This document shows, in pieces, positions 49,107 to 57,547 of a stretch of 64,000 bases of DNA; positions within the stretch are counted from its first letter, which is position 1, and each line of letters starts with the position of its first letter. Under the pieces are notes generated by a model. That model saw nothing but the letters and a program-made list of their open reading frames with translations. It ran no database searches and was not told the DNA's origin. Made by a program: the position numbers and the translations under genes. The DNA is from Candidatus Thalassospirochaeta sargassi (lineage in GTDB: Bacteria; Spirochaetota; Spirochaetia; UBA9216): the NCBI GenBank assembly GCA_028532855.1, contig JAQQAL010000009.1:43106-107105 (forward strand). Direction: 5' to 3'.

Positions 49107-49430
49107 CTAATTGTCTACTTTGCTGATTTCTATTATAACATCGACCGGCAATGCCAGCGAACAGGAGGCTTCAACTGCCTTGAGTATTGCTGTGGGTAAC
49201 GGGCAGGTCGCATGGGTAAGGATACCGTTTGATTCGGTAAAAACGGAAGATGTGCCGAAGGGGGCAAAAACCTCTTGCATGGCATCGACTGTTGTTATCT
49301 TTTCAGCGAGTTTCATAACAGCAGGACACTCTGAATCAATAGTTACATTAGAGTTCATCCCATCAGTTGAGTTTGCTTTGATTACACTTTTGAGTCCGCA
49401 TACTCCGGGGTTCACCTTTACTTCGATCAC
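49107..49430 (-). CDS. Small conserved Cys-containing protein of anaerobes
   Basis: VNPGVCG, SECP, HATCPLP motifs; GTG start with AAGGAG/AGGA SD. Confidence 0.8.
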   Translation of the reverse strand: MIEVKVNPGVCGLKSVIKANSTDGMNSNVTIDSECPAVMKLAEKITTVDAMQEVFAPFGTSSVFTESNGILTHATCPLPTAILKAVEASCSLALPVDVIIEISKVDN

Positions 49431-49586
49431 TTCCTACTCCTTATATATTGAAAACTATATTAAAGAATAATATGCAATGGAAAAGGGGTCAAGGGAAGAC
49501 TCCTTTTTATTCTTTTTTTAGCATAACACGAAATATTCCGTTGTATAATGGTATTCAAGGTACATTATTTATATAGGGAGAGGCTT

Positions 49587-50123
49587 ATGAACATGGTTGT
49601 CGTTTATTACTCCGGCAAGGGGAGCAATAAGTTTTTGGCGGGAAAGGCGGCCGATGCCCTCGACTGTGAGGCTGTTGAGCTTAAACCGCGGGCACCAGGG
49701 CTGGTGATGCCTGCAACAGCAACAAAGATCAGCTTCGGGAACAAGCCTGTGACACAGGATATCGCGGGGTTCGACAGGGTGGTTTTATGCGGGCCACTGT
49801 ATATGGGAAGCATTGCAGCACCCTGCAGCGACTTTATCAGGAAATACGGCAAGGCGGCAAAAAGAATCGATTTTATAACATGCTGCGGCAGCACCGATGA
49901 AAAGAAGGATGATACCTTTGGTTACGGGCGGGTTTTTGCTAAGCTGAAAGAATGCCTCGGCAGTAAAGCGGGTGAATTCGAAGCATTTCCAATTCAGCTT
50001 CTTCTGCCGGAAGATAAAAAAAACAATGATAACGAGATGATGAATACCCGTATGAATGACGACAACTTTAATGAGGCCGTGCAGCAGCGGCTTTACAGCT
50101 TCCAGTCGAAATTAAGCAGATGA
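49587..50123 (+). CDS. Flavodoxin-like protein
   Basis: VVYYSGKGSNK, LCGPLYMG, ITCCG; SD GGGAGAGG before 49587. Confidence 0.8.
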   Translation: MNMVVVYYSGKGSNKFLAGKAADALDCEAVELKPRAPGLVMPATATKISFGNKPVTQDIAGFDRVVLCGPLYMGSIAAPCSDFIRKYGKAAKRIDFITCCGSTDEKKDDTFGYGRVFAKLKECLGSKAGEFEAFPIQLLLPEDKKNNDNEMMNTRMNDDNFNEAVQQRLYSFQSKLSR

Positions 50124-50165
50124 GAGGGGGAGCGAACCTCTCCGCTATACGTGCTGAAATAACCC

Positions 50166-50279
50166 ATGGTTTCATCTACCGGGTTCGCTGCCGATGGTGA
50201 ACTTGCCGGTGAAATTATCAGTGCAACGACTTTATTAAGCATCATTACTATTACGTTCTGGATAGTGATTCTGATATAA
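50166..50279 (+). pseudogene. Remnant of the last TM helix of an AEC (auxin-efflux-carrier/MleP) family transporter
   Basis: Manual translation MVSSTGFAADGELAGEIISATTLLSIITITFWIVILI*; in-frame TAA two codons upstream, no SD. Confidence 0.55.
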
Positions 50280-50295
50280 AAAATAAAATTCTTAT

Positions 50296-50325
50296 AAAAA
50301 AACACCTCCAAAAAGAGGTGTTTTT
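50296..50325. terminator. Bidirectional intrinsic terminator (pstS / flavodoxin region)
   Basis: AAAAACACCTC-CAAAAA-GAGGTGTTTTT perfect 11-bp stem between convergent genes. Confidence 0.85.
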
Positions 50326-50363
50326 AATTCCGCTGCCAGTATAGCAGCATCGGACTTTCTTAA

Positions 50364-51203
50364 TTACGGAAGTGAGATAAATCCTTCGTCGTCAACAATT
50401 GTCTGACCCTCATCGCTGAGGAGGAACTCAATGAACTCTGCTGCGAAGCCTGTAGGCTCATCCTTGGTGATTACGTTGAGTTTTCTTGATATCGGAAATT
50501 CTCCCTTAAGTACATTGTCTACAGAAGCTTCGATACCATTAACAAGAAGGGTTTTTGCTCCACTGCTTACAGCCTTATCAAGGTAGCCGAACCCGCAATA
50601 ACCTATTGAATCAGGAGTAGAACCTACCTTGGTTACCATATCGCCGTTAGATTCAACAGTGATAGCGTCTTTGATGAACTCAGTTGTCTTATCGTATACG
50701 CTCTTGATTGTAAGTTCCCAGAATGCAACTCTTGTACCTGATGCTTCATCTCTGTTTATCACAATGATATCTTTGTCGGCTCCGCCAACTTCACTCCAGT
50801 TTGTTATGTCGCCCTTGTAGATGCCGGCAACCTGTTCTTTTGTGAGGTTGTCAACGAGAACGCTGTTGTTTGCAACAACTGCAATACCGTCGAGAGCGAT
50901 TGGAGTAGCGACTGCGCCGTTTGCGGGTTCGTCACCCTTGAGCTCTCTTGAAGCACCGCCGAGAACATATACCTCGTCGATTGCGCCCTGAACACCAACT
51001 GATGAACCCTGTGCTTCGTAAGAAAGTCTTACATCAGCGTGGATGTCTTCGTAGGCCTCAATTGCACTTCTGATGATGGGTTCCAGAGTTGTAGAACCGC
51101 CCATTGCGTAGCTATCTACCTTTACTTCCTGCTGTCCACCAGCGAAAACGAATACTGCAGTCATAACTGACAGAACTATCATGATTGCTATAATTTTCTT
51201 CAT
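50364..51203 (-). CDS. pstS: Phosphate ABC substrate-binding protein PstS
   Basis: GGSTT, GSSVG, GASREL, IALDGIAVV, GDITNWSEVGG, RDEASGTR; start 51203 after AAGGAG. Confidence 0.93.
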   Translation of the reverse strand: MKKIIAIMIVLSVMTAVFVFAGGQQEVKVDSYAMGGSTTLEPIIRSAIEAYEDIHADVRLSYEAQGSSVGVQGAIDEVYVLGGASRELKGDEPANGAVATPIALDGIAVVANNSVLVDNLTKEQVAGIYKGDITNWSEVGGADKDIIVINRDEASGTRVAFWELTIKSVYDKTTEFIKDAITVESNGDMVTKVGSTPDSIGYCGFGYLDKAVSSGAKTLLVNGIEASVDNVLKGEFPISRKLNVITKDEPTGFAAEFIEFLLSDEGQTIVDDEGFISLP

Positions 51204-51252
51204 TTTTTTCTCCTTTGAGATATTTATTGTTAACAGCATAATGATTTGCGAC

Positions 51253-51291
51253 TGTAATCTATGTGTTAGCTTTGTGTTAGATAATGGTTAA
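51253..51291 (-). promoter_or_regulatory. Pho-box-like array upstream of pstS
   Basis: Minus strand TTAACC/CTAACA/CTAACA/ATTACA at exact 11-bp period. Confidence 0.8.
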
Positions 51292-51345
51292 AAACCACCG
51301 GTGCTTGACATAATACGATATTTCAAGGATCCTTATTGTATCCGG

Positions 51346-51420
51346 ACAGGCGATGGAGTTCGCCTTCATCTTTTGCGACTGCAAAAGATTCAACCGCTCT
51401 TAATGGCTGATGACTCCTTC
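51346..51420 (+). ncRNA. Fluoride (crcB) riboswitch
   Basis: GGCGATGGAGTTCGCC ... AACCGC-loop-GGCTGATGACTCCT; P1 GGCG/CGCC and pseudoknot GGAGUU/GACUCC intact; upstream of an antiporter. Confidence 0.9.
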
Positions 51421-51442
51421 GATTCAATTCTATGGGGGATCT

Positions 51443-52627
51443 ATGTCACTAAATCTTATACTTGCAATTATCATTCTCGGAGGCTGGCTTTTTTCACGCC
51501 TCTTCAAAATAATCAAACTACCTAATATCCTCGGTATGGTCATTTTCGGTATCATCATAGGTTCAACAATTGGCAAACTGATTCCTGGGACGCTCTGGGA
51601 TATTGAGCCACTTTTAAAATCGCTTGCTCTCATTGTTATTCTGCTTCGTGCCGGACTTGGTTTGAGCAAGGCCACCCTACAGAAGGCTGGACGCACCGCA
51701 GTCCTCATGACTTTTGTTCCCTGTCTGCTTGAGGGTGGAGCTCTTACCCTGCTTTTTTATCATTTCTTCGTTTTCGACTGGTATGTAGCGGGTCTTACCG
51801 CTTTCATGATTGCAGCAGTATCGCCCGCGGTAATTGTACCGTCGATGCTTGATCTGATTGAGCAGGGATACGGGAAGAAGAACGAGGTTCCCTCTATAGT
51901 TCTTGCCGGAGCTTCCGCCGATGATGTTTTTGCAATTACTCTGTTTTCTGTTTTTCTGGGGCTTGCAGCAACTGCAGGTGTTGATATCGGACGTGCGCTC
52001 ATCTCAATTCCATTATCGATTGCCGGAGGAGTTATTTCTGGTATTGTTGCAGGCTGGCTGCTTGTAAAATACTTCAGGCGCCGTCATCAGCATGTACGGG
52101 CAACTGAAAAAACCCTCGTTCTTATTATGGTTGCAGTACTTTTGGTACAGCTCGGCGACAAACTCCATGTTGCAGCACTGCTGGGTGTTATGACTGTCGG
52201 TTTTATCCTGCTTGAGAGGGCAGAGTATATTGCTCATGAGCTTGCGGCAAAACTGAAAAAAGTCTGGATATTTGCAGAGATTATTTTATTTGTTTTAATA
52301 GGTATGTCGGTTGATGTCCCCACAGCACTCAGTGCAGGGCTTAGGGGGCTGATGGTGATTGCTATAGGCCTTGTTTTCAGATCATTCGGAGTGTTCCTGT
52401 CGACCCTAGGTTCTTCTCTTAATCTAAAAGAACGAATTTTCTGTATAATTGCTTATCTGCCCAAAGCTACTGTTCAGGCGGCCCTTGGTTCGGTTGCTCT
52501 CCAGGCAGGTGTTGCAGAAGGGGAGATTATTCTTGCGCTGGCTGTACTCTCAATTATTTTTACCGCACCTCTCGGGCTGATAGGAATAAAGGTTTTCGGT
52601 AAGCGACTGCTGGAGCTTGATCTATAA
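51443..52627 (+). CDS. Cation:proton antiporter (CPA/NhaP-NHA2-like)
   Basis: ILLRAGLGL, AVSPAVIVPSM, SADDV, PKATVQAALG; about 12 TMs. Confidence 0.9.
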   Translation: MSLNLILAIIILGGWLFSRLFKIIKLPNILGMVIFGIIIGSTIGKLIPGTLWDIEPLLKSLALIVILLRAGLGLSKATLQKAGRTAVLMTFVPCLLEGGALTLLFYHFFVFDWYVAGLTAFMIAAVSPAVIVPSMLDLIEQGYGKKNEVPSIVLAGASADDVFAITLFSVFLGLAATAGVDIGRALISIPLSIAGGVISGIVAGWLLVKYFRRRHQHVRATEKTLVLIMVAVLLVQLGDKLHVAALLGVMTVGFILLERAEYIAHELAAKLKKVWIFAEIILFVLIGMSVDVPTALSAGLRGLMVIAIGLVFRSFGVFLSTLGSSLNLKERIFCIIAYLPKATVQAALGSVALQAGVAEGEIILALAVLSIIFTAPLGLIGIKVFGKRLLELDL

Positions 52628-52698
52628 ATAATAGATAAGGCAATATAACAGGCACTGGTCAGGGTGTGAAGCAGCCGGATAAAGTATGGACCTTTTAA

Positions 52699-52717
52699 TT
52701 AGGTAAATAAATACCTA
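52699..52717. promoter_or_regulatory. Inverted repeat, probable operator upstream of ldhA
   Basis: TTAGGTA-AATAA-TACCTAA directly before TTGAAA (-35). Confidence 0.45.
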
Positions 52718-52770
52718 AATGCTTGAAATATTATCATTAAAGTCATATATTACTGACGGAGGCAAAGAAG

Positions 52771-53807
52771 ATGAAAATAGCTTTCTACGACAGTAAACCA
52801 TATGATGAAAAATCTTTTAATTCCAGAAATGAGCAAGGATGGGATTTTACTTTTTTCAAGACAAGGCTGAATGAGCGCACAGCTAGGCTTGCTGCCGGTT
52901 TTGAGGTAATCTGTGCCTTTGTAAATGATGAAATAAGCCGTGAGGTTACAGATATTCTATATGAGGGTGGTGTAAGACTGATAGTGCTCCGCTCTGCGGG
53001 CTATAATAATGTTGATTTGAAAGCAGCTTACGGAAGAATCCATGTTATGAGGGTTCCCGCCTATTCTCCGCATGCTATAGCTGAGCATACCGCCGCTCTT
53101 ATCCTATCATTAAACCGGAAAATCCACCGCGCATATTACCGTACCAGGGACAATAATTTTTCAATCGACGGTTTTCTCGGTTTTGATCTGAACGGCAGAA
53201 CAGCAGGTGTAATAGGAACGGGTAAAATCGGCAGGATTTTGATTAAAATCCTTCATGGCTTCGGGATGAATATCCTTGCCACGACGGTTGGCCGGATAAG
53301 GAATTCGCGGATAAATACGGGGTCAAATATACAGGCCTCGATGAGCTGTATTCAAGGTCGGACGTGATATCTCTGCACTGTCCGCTTACCCCTGAAACCC
53401 ACCATATGATAAACGCAGAATCAATTACGAAGATGAAAGACGATGTAATGCTGATAAACACCGGGCGCGGTGCTCTCTTAGATACCGCGGCCCTGATTGA
53501 GGCATTGAAGGCTGGAAAGATAGGCTCAGCAGGGCTTGATGTGTATGAAGAGGAGGGCGAATATTTCTTTGAGGATTTTTCATCTTTAACTGTCGAGGAC
53601 GACATTCTTGCCAGACTGCTTACCTTTAACAACGTTATTGTTACTTCCCATCAGGCCTTTTTCACAGAGGAGGCATTGCGCAAAATTGCTGATACAACTC
53701 TTCATAATATTAATCAGTTTATAGAAAATGACAAACTTGATAATGAAATCTGTTACAGATGTGACAAGGAAAACTGCAGAAAAAAGGAAAAAGGTCGGTG
53801 CTTTTAA
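52771..53807 (+). pseudogene. ldhA: D-lactate (2-hydroxyacid) dehydrogenase, frameshifted by a 1-nt deletion at 53280/53281
   Basis: ORF1 has RSAGYNNVD, VPAYSP, GTGKIG; ORF2 has SLHCPLT, INTGRG, DVYEEE, TSHQAF. Adding one base after GCC restores ILAYDGWPDKEFADKYGVKYTGLDELYSRSDVISLH. Confidence 0.85.
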
Positions 53808-53870
53808 CCGGGGCATAAATTGCTGAGTCTTTATCAAAATTTCAGTCAAAATAAACTGTTTTTCAAGAAA

Positions 53871-54383
53871 CTATTTCAGTTGCTCGAATCGGCCGATAGC
53901 TTTATTTTTTCTGACATTGTTCCAGTCAAATACAGTAGCGTTCATAACGATGTATACCCCAGGTTTTAAAAGCTGAACCGCGGTGAAGGCTGTACCCAGA
54001 TTGAACAGGGCATCCGAACCGCTGATGGTGTAGGGTACCATTGCACCGGTCAGGATTATTGTTTTTTCAGATAGTCCTGAATCAGCGTAGGCAGCGGCCT
54101 CGCCTAATAGCTCTGCCGTTCTGCTCATGGTATCGGTGCCGTGGGTGATAATGATGTTTTTCTCAGGTGAATCTACGCAGGATTTTATAATCTGTTCGCG
54201 AATCTCATCAGTCATTTCGAGGCTGTCAATTAATGCGCGGTTTTCAATTTCCACCCGGGCATTCGGCCGCACAATCTCAAGAATCTCCGGCAGGTGGGTC
54301 TCCTTGAAATCGAGTTTGCCCTGTATTGCGTCATATTTTTTATCGAAAGTCCCGCCTGTCGTTATCAACCTGATATTTTTCAT
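53871..54383 (-). CDS. Asparaginase-domain protein (N-terminal domain only)
   Basis: TTGGTFDK, THGTDTM, TGAMVP, DALFNLG. Confidence 0.88.
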   Translation of the reverse strand: MKNIRLITTGGTFDKKYDAIQGKLDFKETHLPEILEIVRPNARVEIENRALIDSLEMTDEIREQIIKSCVDSPEKNIIITHGTDTMSRTAELLGEAAAYADSGLSEKTIILTGAMVPYTISGSDALFNLGTAFTAVQLLKPGVYIVMNATVFDWNNVRKNKAIGRFEQLK

Positions 54384-54384
54384 T

Positions 54385-54948
54385 TCATCTTGCACCATGA
54401 ATCAGGTTCAGAAACTCCAGTCTTGTGGCTTCTTTAGTTCGAAAGCTGCCCAGCACACTGGATGTTGTCATTACGGAGTTTTGTTTCTCAACCCCGCGCA
54501 TCATCATGCACATGTGCTGACATTCCATTACGACACCAACGCCTTCCGGTTTTACCGACTCCATTATGGCTTCTGCTACCTGTTCGGTCAGATTCTCCTG
54601 TATCTGTAACCGGCGTGCATAATGATCGACTATACGCGCGAGTTTGCTTACGCCGAGTATCTTGTCGCTTGCAACATACCCAATGTGGCATTTACCGAAG
54701 AAGGGCAGCATGTGGTGTTCGCACATGCTGTATACCTCAATATCGCGGACAATGATCATATTGTTAGATGTGGACTCAAAAACGGCGTTGTTGATTACTT
54801 TATCGAAATCAGCTGTATATCCGCTTGTGAGAAACTGCCACGATTTTGCTGCCCTTTCGGGGGTTTTTACAAGACCTTCCCGGTCCGGATTTTCTCCAAT
54901 TTCAATCAGAAGTTCCTTAATCAGCCTTTCAACATTTTTAAGATTCAT
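54385..54948 (-). CDS. folE: GTP cyclohydrolase I
   Basis: [42 protein letters not shown]. Confidence 0.97.
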   Translation of the reverse strand: MNLKNVERLIKELLIEIGENPDREGLVKTPERAAKSWQFLTSGYTADFDKVINNAVFESTSNNMIIVRDIEVYSMCEHHMLPFFGKCHIGYVASDKILGVSKLARIVDHYARRLQIQENLTEQVAEAIMESVKPEGVGVVMECQHMCMMMRGVEKQNSVMTTSSVLGSFRTKEATRLEFLNLIHGAR

Positions 54949-54954
54949 CTCAGT

Positions 54955-55563
54955 TTAAATCCTTGCCAGAGCTGCATCGAGCTCAGCCATCAGTTCAGTA
55001 TAGTTAACAGCAACAGGCAGATCGGGGTTGTCCTTCACTATGTTTTCCGGAGGAGTGAACAGTACACCGGCATCAGCCTTTCTGATCATTGACAGGTCAT
55101 TGTAGGAATCGCCTGAGCAGACAACCTTTAGACCCATTGAATGAAATCCTTCGACAGCCTTACGTTTGCCGTCCTGCTGTCTCAGTCGGTAACCGCCAAT
55201 ACTGCCGTCATCTTTAATATTGAGAGTATTGCAGAAGAGGGTCGGCCAATCGAGTTTCTTCATAAGGGGCTGAGCAAACTGGTCGAAGGTATCCGAGAGA
55301 ATTACAACCTGGGTTTTGGATCTCAGCTCTTCCATGAAATCCTTTGCGCCCGGCAGCGGATCCATTCCGCTGATAACTCTCTGAATATCACTGAGTTTCA
55401 GACCGTTTTTATCCAGAATATCAATTCTGTAGTTCATCAGCTTGTCGTAATCCGGTTCATCCCGGGTAGTTTTTTTAAGCTCATCAATTCCGGTGTCTAT
55501 TGCGAAATTAATCCATATTTCGGGTACAAGTACCCCTTCAAGATCGAGACATACAAGTTTCAT
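54955..55563 (-). CDS. thrH: Phosphoserine phosphatase/homoserine phosphotransferase ThrH
   Basis: CLDLEGVLVPEIW, TTRDEPDYDKLM, LSDTF, GDSYND. Confidence 0.95.
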   Translation of the reverse strand: MKLVCLDLEGVLVPEIWINFAIDTGIDELKKTTRDEPDYDKLMNYRIDILDKNGLKLSDIQRVISGMDPLPGAKDFMEELRSKTQVVILSDTFDQFAQPLMKKLDWPTLFCNTLNIKDDGSIGGYRLRQQDGKRKAVEGFHSMGLKVVCSGDSYNDLSMIRKADAGVLFTPPENIVKDNPDLPVAVNYTELMAELDAALARI

Positions 55564-55569
55564 ATTCCT

Positions 55570-56304
55570 TTATTCTCCTTTGTTAGGCAGAGCATCGGCT
55601 ATTATATGCCAAAGCCTCTGTGTCAGCGCTTTCTGCTCTTCTTCACTCATCCCTTCTGTTTCAATACACGGATGAATGGTTAGATGAAGTTCCGCTGATC
55701 TAATCTTATTATGTTCTTCCCACGTTTTATAGGTATTGTTTATTGTCACAGGCACTATCGTCAGTCCGGCCTTTGCTGCGAGCAGGACGCTTCCCGGTTT
55801 AAAAGGGTTCATTTTAGCACTATGGCTTCGTGTCCCCTCGGGGAAGATTACTTTGGGGCGACCTTGTCCGGCCTCGGTAATTCCTACCTCGATCTCACGC
55901 ATGGCTTTGCGGAAATTCCCCCTGTCAACGAGTATGCAGTGAATACTTTTCATCCATGGACCGATTACCGGTACTTTCCCAAGCTCCTTCTTGGCAATAA
56001 ATCCGATCATCGTAGGCATCTGCGCCATCATCAGGGGTATGTCTGCATAAGCCTGATGATTAGCGATATAGATAATCCTCTCATGATCCGGAAGGTTCTC
56101 TCTGCCTTTTACTATCATTTTTGAATGATTAGCCCAGAAAACAAAATGACCCCACTTCGAAGTCATAAAAAACGAAATGCTTTTAAGCTGCTTTTCGAAT
56201 CCGGGCAATTTCAGGATTTGCAGAGGAATGAGCATTATCGCCGAGAAAACCATATAGAATAAAAACCCTAGTGCGGCTGTAATGGTGTTGAAGAAATCCT
56301 TCAT
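55570..56304 (-). CDS. plsC: 1-acyl-sn-glycerol-3-phosphate acyltransferase
   Basis: NHQAYAD, FIAKKEL, FPEGTRS, FKPG. Confidence 0.92.
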   Translation of the reverse strand: MKDFFNTITAALGFLFYMVFSAIMLIPLQILKLPGFEKQLKSISFFMTSKWGHFVFWANHSKMIVKGRENLPDHERIIYIANHQAYADIPLMMAQMPTMIGFIAKKELGKVPVIGPWMKSIHCILVDRGNFRKAMREIEVGITEAGQGRPKVIFPEGTRSHSAKMNPFKPGSVLLAAKAGLTIVPVTINNTYKTWEEHNKIRSAELHLTIHPCIETEGMSEEEQKALTQRLWHIIADALPNKGE

Positions 56305-56384
56305 GAGCGAATATTACTCGATTGTTTCAGGCTTGGCAATCCCGATAACAGGGGGTATACTGCCCATTAAACATGGAGGAGAAA

Positions 56385-57518
56385 ATGCAGAATATGCAGC
56401 TTTTTAACGATATAACTACTCAGGAGCCGGAGCTGGCTGAGGCTGCCCGGATAGCTGTCAGAGATGTACTCAGGGTTAAGCCTGATGAGAAGGTCCTGAT
56501 AATCACAAACCCTGTCGGAGATGTTGCTGAGATTTCCTACGCGCTTTATGATGCAGCTCTTAAGGCTGACGCTAAGCCTGTGCTTGTTTTTCAGCCGGTG
56601 AAGGATCAGATGAGTTTTGCTGCTGACGAGGTAATAGGCGCTATCGGTACAGCTCCTGAAGTCCTTATTTCAATGAGTGCTGAGAAGCTGGGCAAGGACC
56701 GGGCTGCCATTGTTAATCCATGGAAGGCTGAAGATGGTACCGAGATTGATAATACCTTTCATTACCTGATGCATACAAAGAAAACAAGGGCTTTCTGGTC
56801 ACCGGGCGTTACCAAAGAGCTTTTTAAGAAAACGGTTCCTATTGATTACTTGAGGCTGAAAAAAGAAGCCGGGGTTGTCGAAGAAATACTCAACCGCGCC
56901 CAGTACGTATCTATAACAAGTCCCGGCGGCACCAATCTGAAGATTGGTCTGAAGGGGCGCACCGCAATGCTTGATAACGGTGATTTTTCTGCACCGGGTG
57001 AGGGCGGCAATCTGCCCGCAGGCGAGACCTTCATTTCACCGGAGCTTGGCAGCTCCAACGGGCGCCTTGTATTTGACGGTTCAATCTCGCTCTATAACGG
57101 TGATTATATGCTTGAGCAGCCTGTTGATCTGAAGATTATAGATGGTTTTGTCACATCAATTGAGGGCGGAGAGGGCGCCAGGCTGCTGCAGAAAACTATT
57201 GAGCTGGGTGAGAAAAATGCTGTTGAGTTTGAAGCCGCGGGCAGGATACCTGCAGGCTCCGGCGAGATATATAAAAAGAATGCACGCAACCTCGGAGAGC
57301 TGGGGATAGGATTAAACCCTGCTGCCGGAATAATAGGTAATATGCTCGGTGATGAGAAAGCATACCGGACAATTCATATCGCAATAGGTTCAAACTATGA
57401 TGAAGATGCAAAGGCATTGATCCATTGCGACTGCCTCGTAAAAGATCCGACTGTTACAGCATACTTTGCCGACGGCAGCAGCAGGGTTTTCCTTGACGGC
57501 GGCGATTTAAAAATATAG
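56385..57518 (+). CDS. Thermophilic metalloprotease (M29)/leucyl aminopeptidase-like protein
   Basis: NLPAGETF, DG, NLGELGIGLN, DEK, HIAIG, HCD; start 56385 after GGAGGAG (ORF track 56373). Confidence 0.88.
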   Translation: MQNMQLFNDITTQEPELAEAARIAVRDVLRVKPDEKVLIITNPVGDVAEISYALYDAALKADAKPVLVFQPVKDQMSFAADEVIGAIGTAPEVLISMSAEKLGKDRAAIVNPWKAEDGTEIDNTFHYLMHTKKTRAFWSPGVTKELFKKTVPIDYLRLKKEAGVVEEILNRAQYVSITSPGGTNLKIGLKGRTAMLDNGDFSAPGEGGNLPAGETFISPELGSSNGRLVFDGSISLYNGDYMLEQPVDLKIIDGFVTSIEGGEGARLLQKTIELGEKNAVEFEAAGRIPAGSGEIYKKNARNLGELGIGLNPAAGIIGNMLGDEKAYRTIHIAIGSNYDEDAKALIHCDCLVKDPTVTAYFADGSSRVFLDGGDLKI

Positions 57519-57547
57519 GACATTAGAAATTTTTTATATTAAGGCTG

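Noticed and set aside
50093-50311. 72-aa minus-strand ORF
   Set aside because: Starts inside the terminator and is antisense to the AEC-like remnant; no SD or motif.
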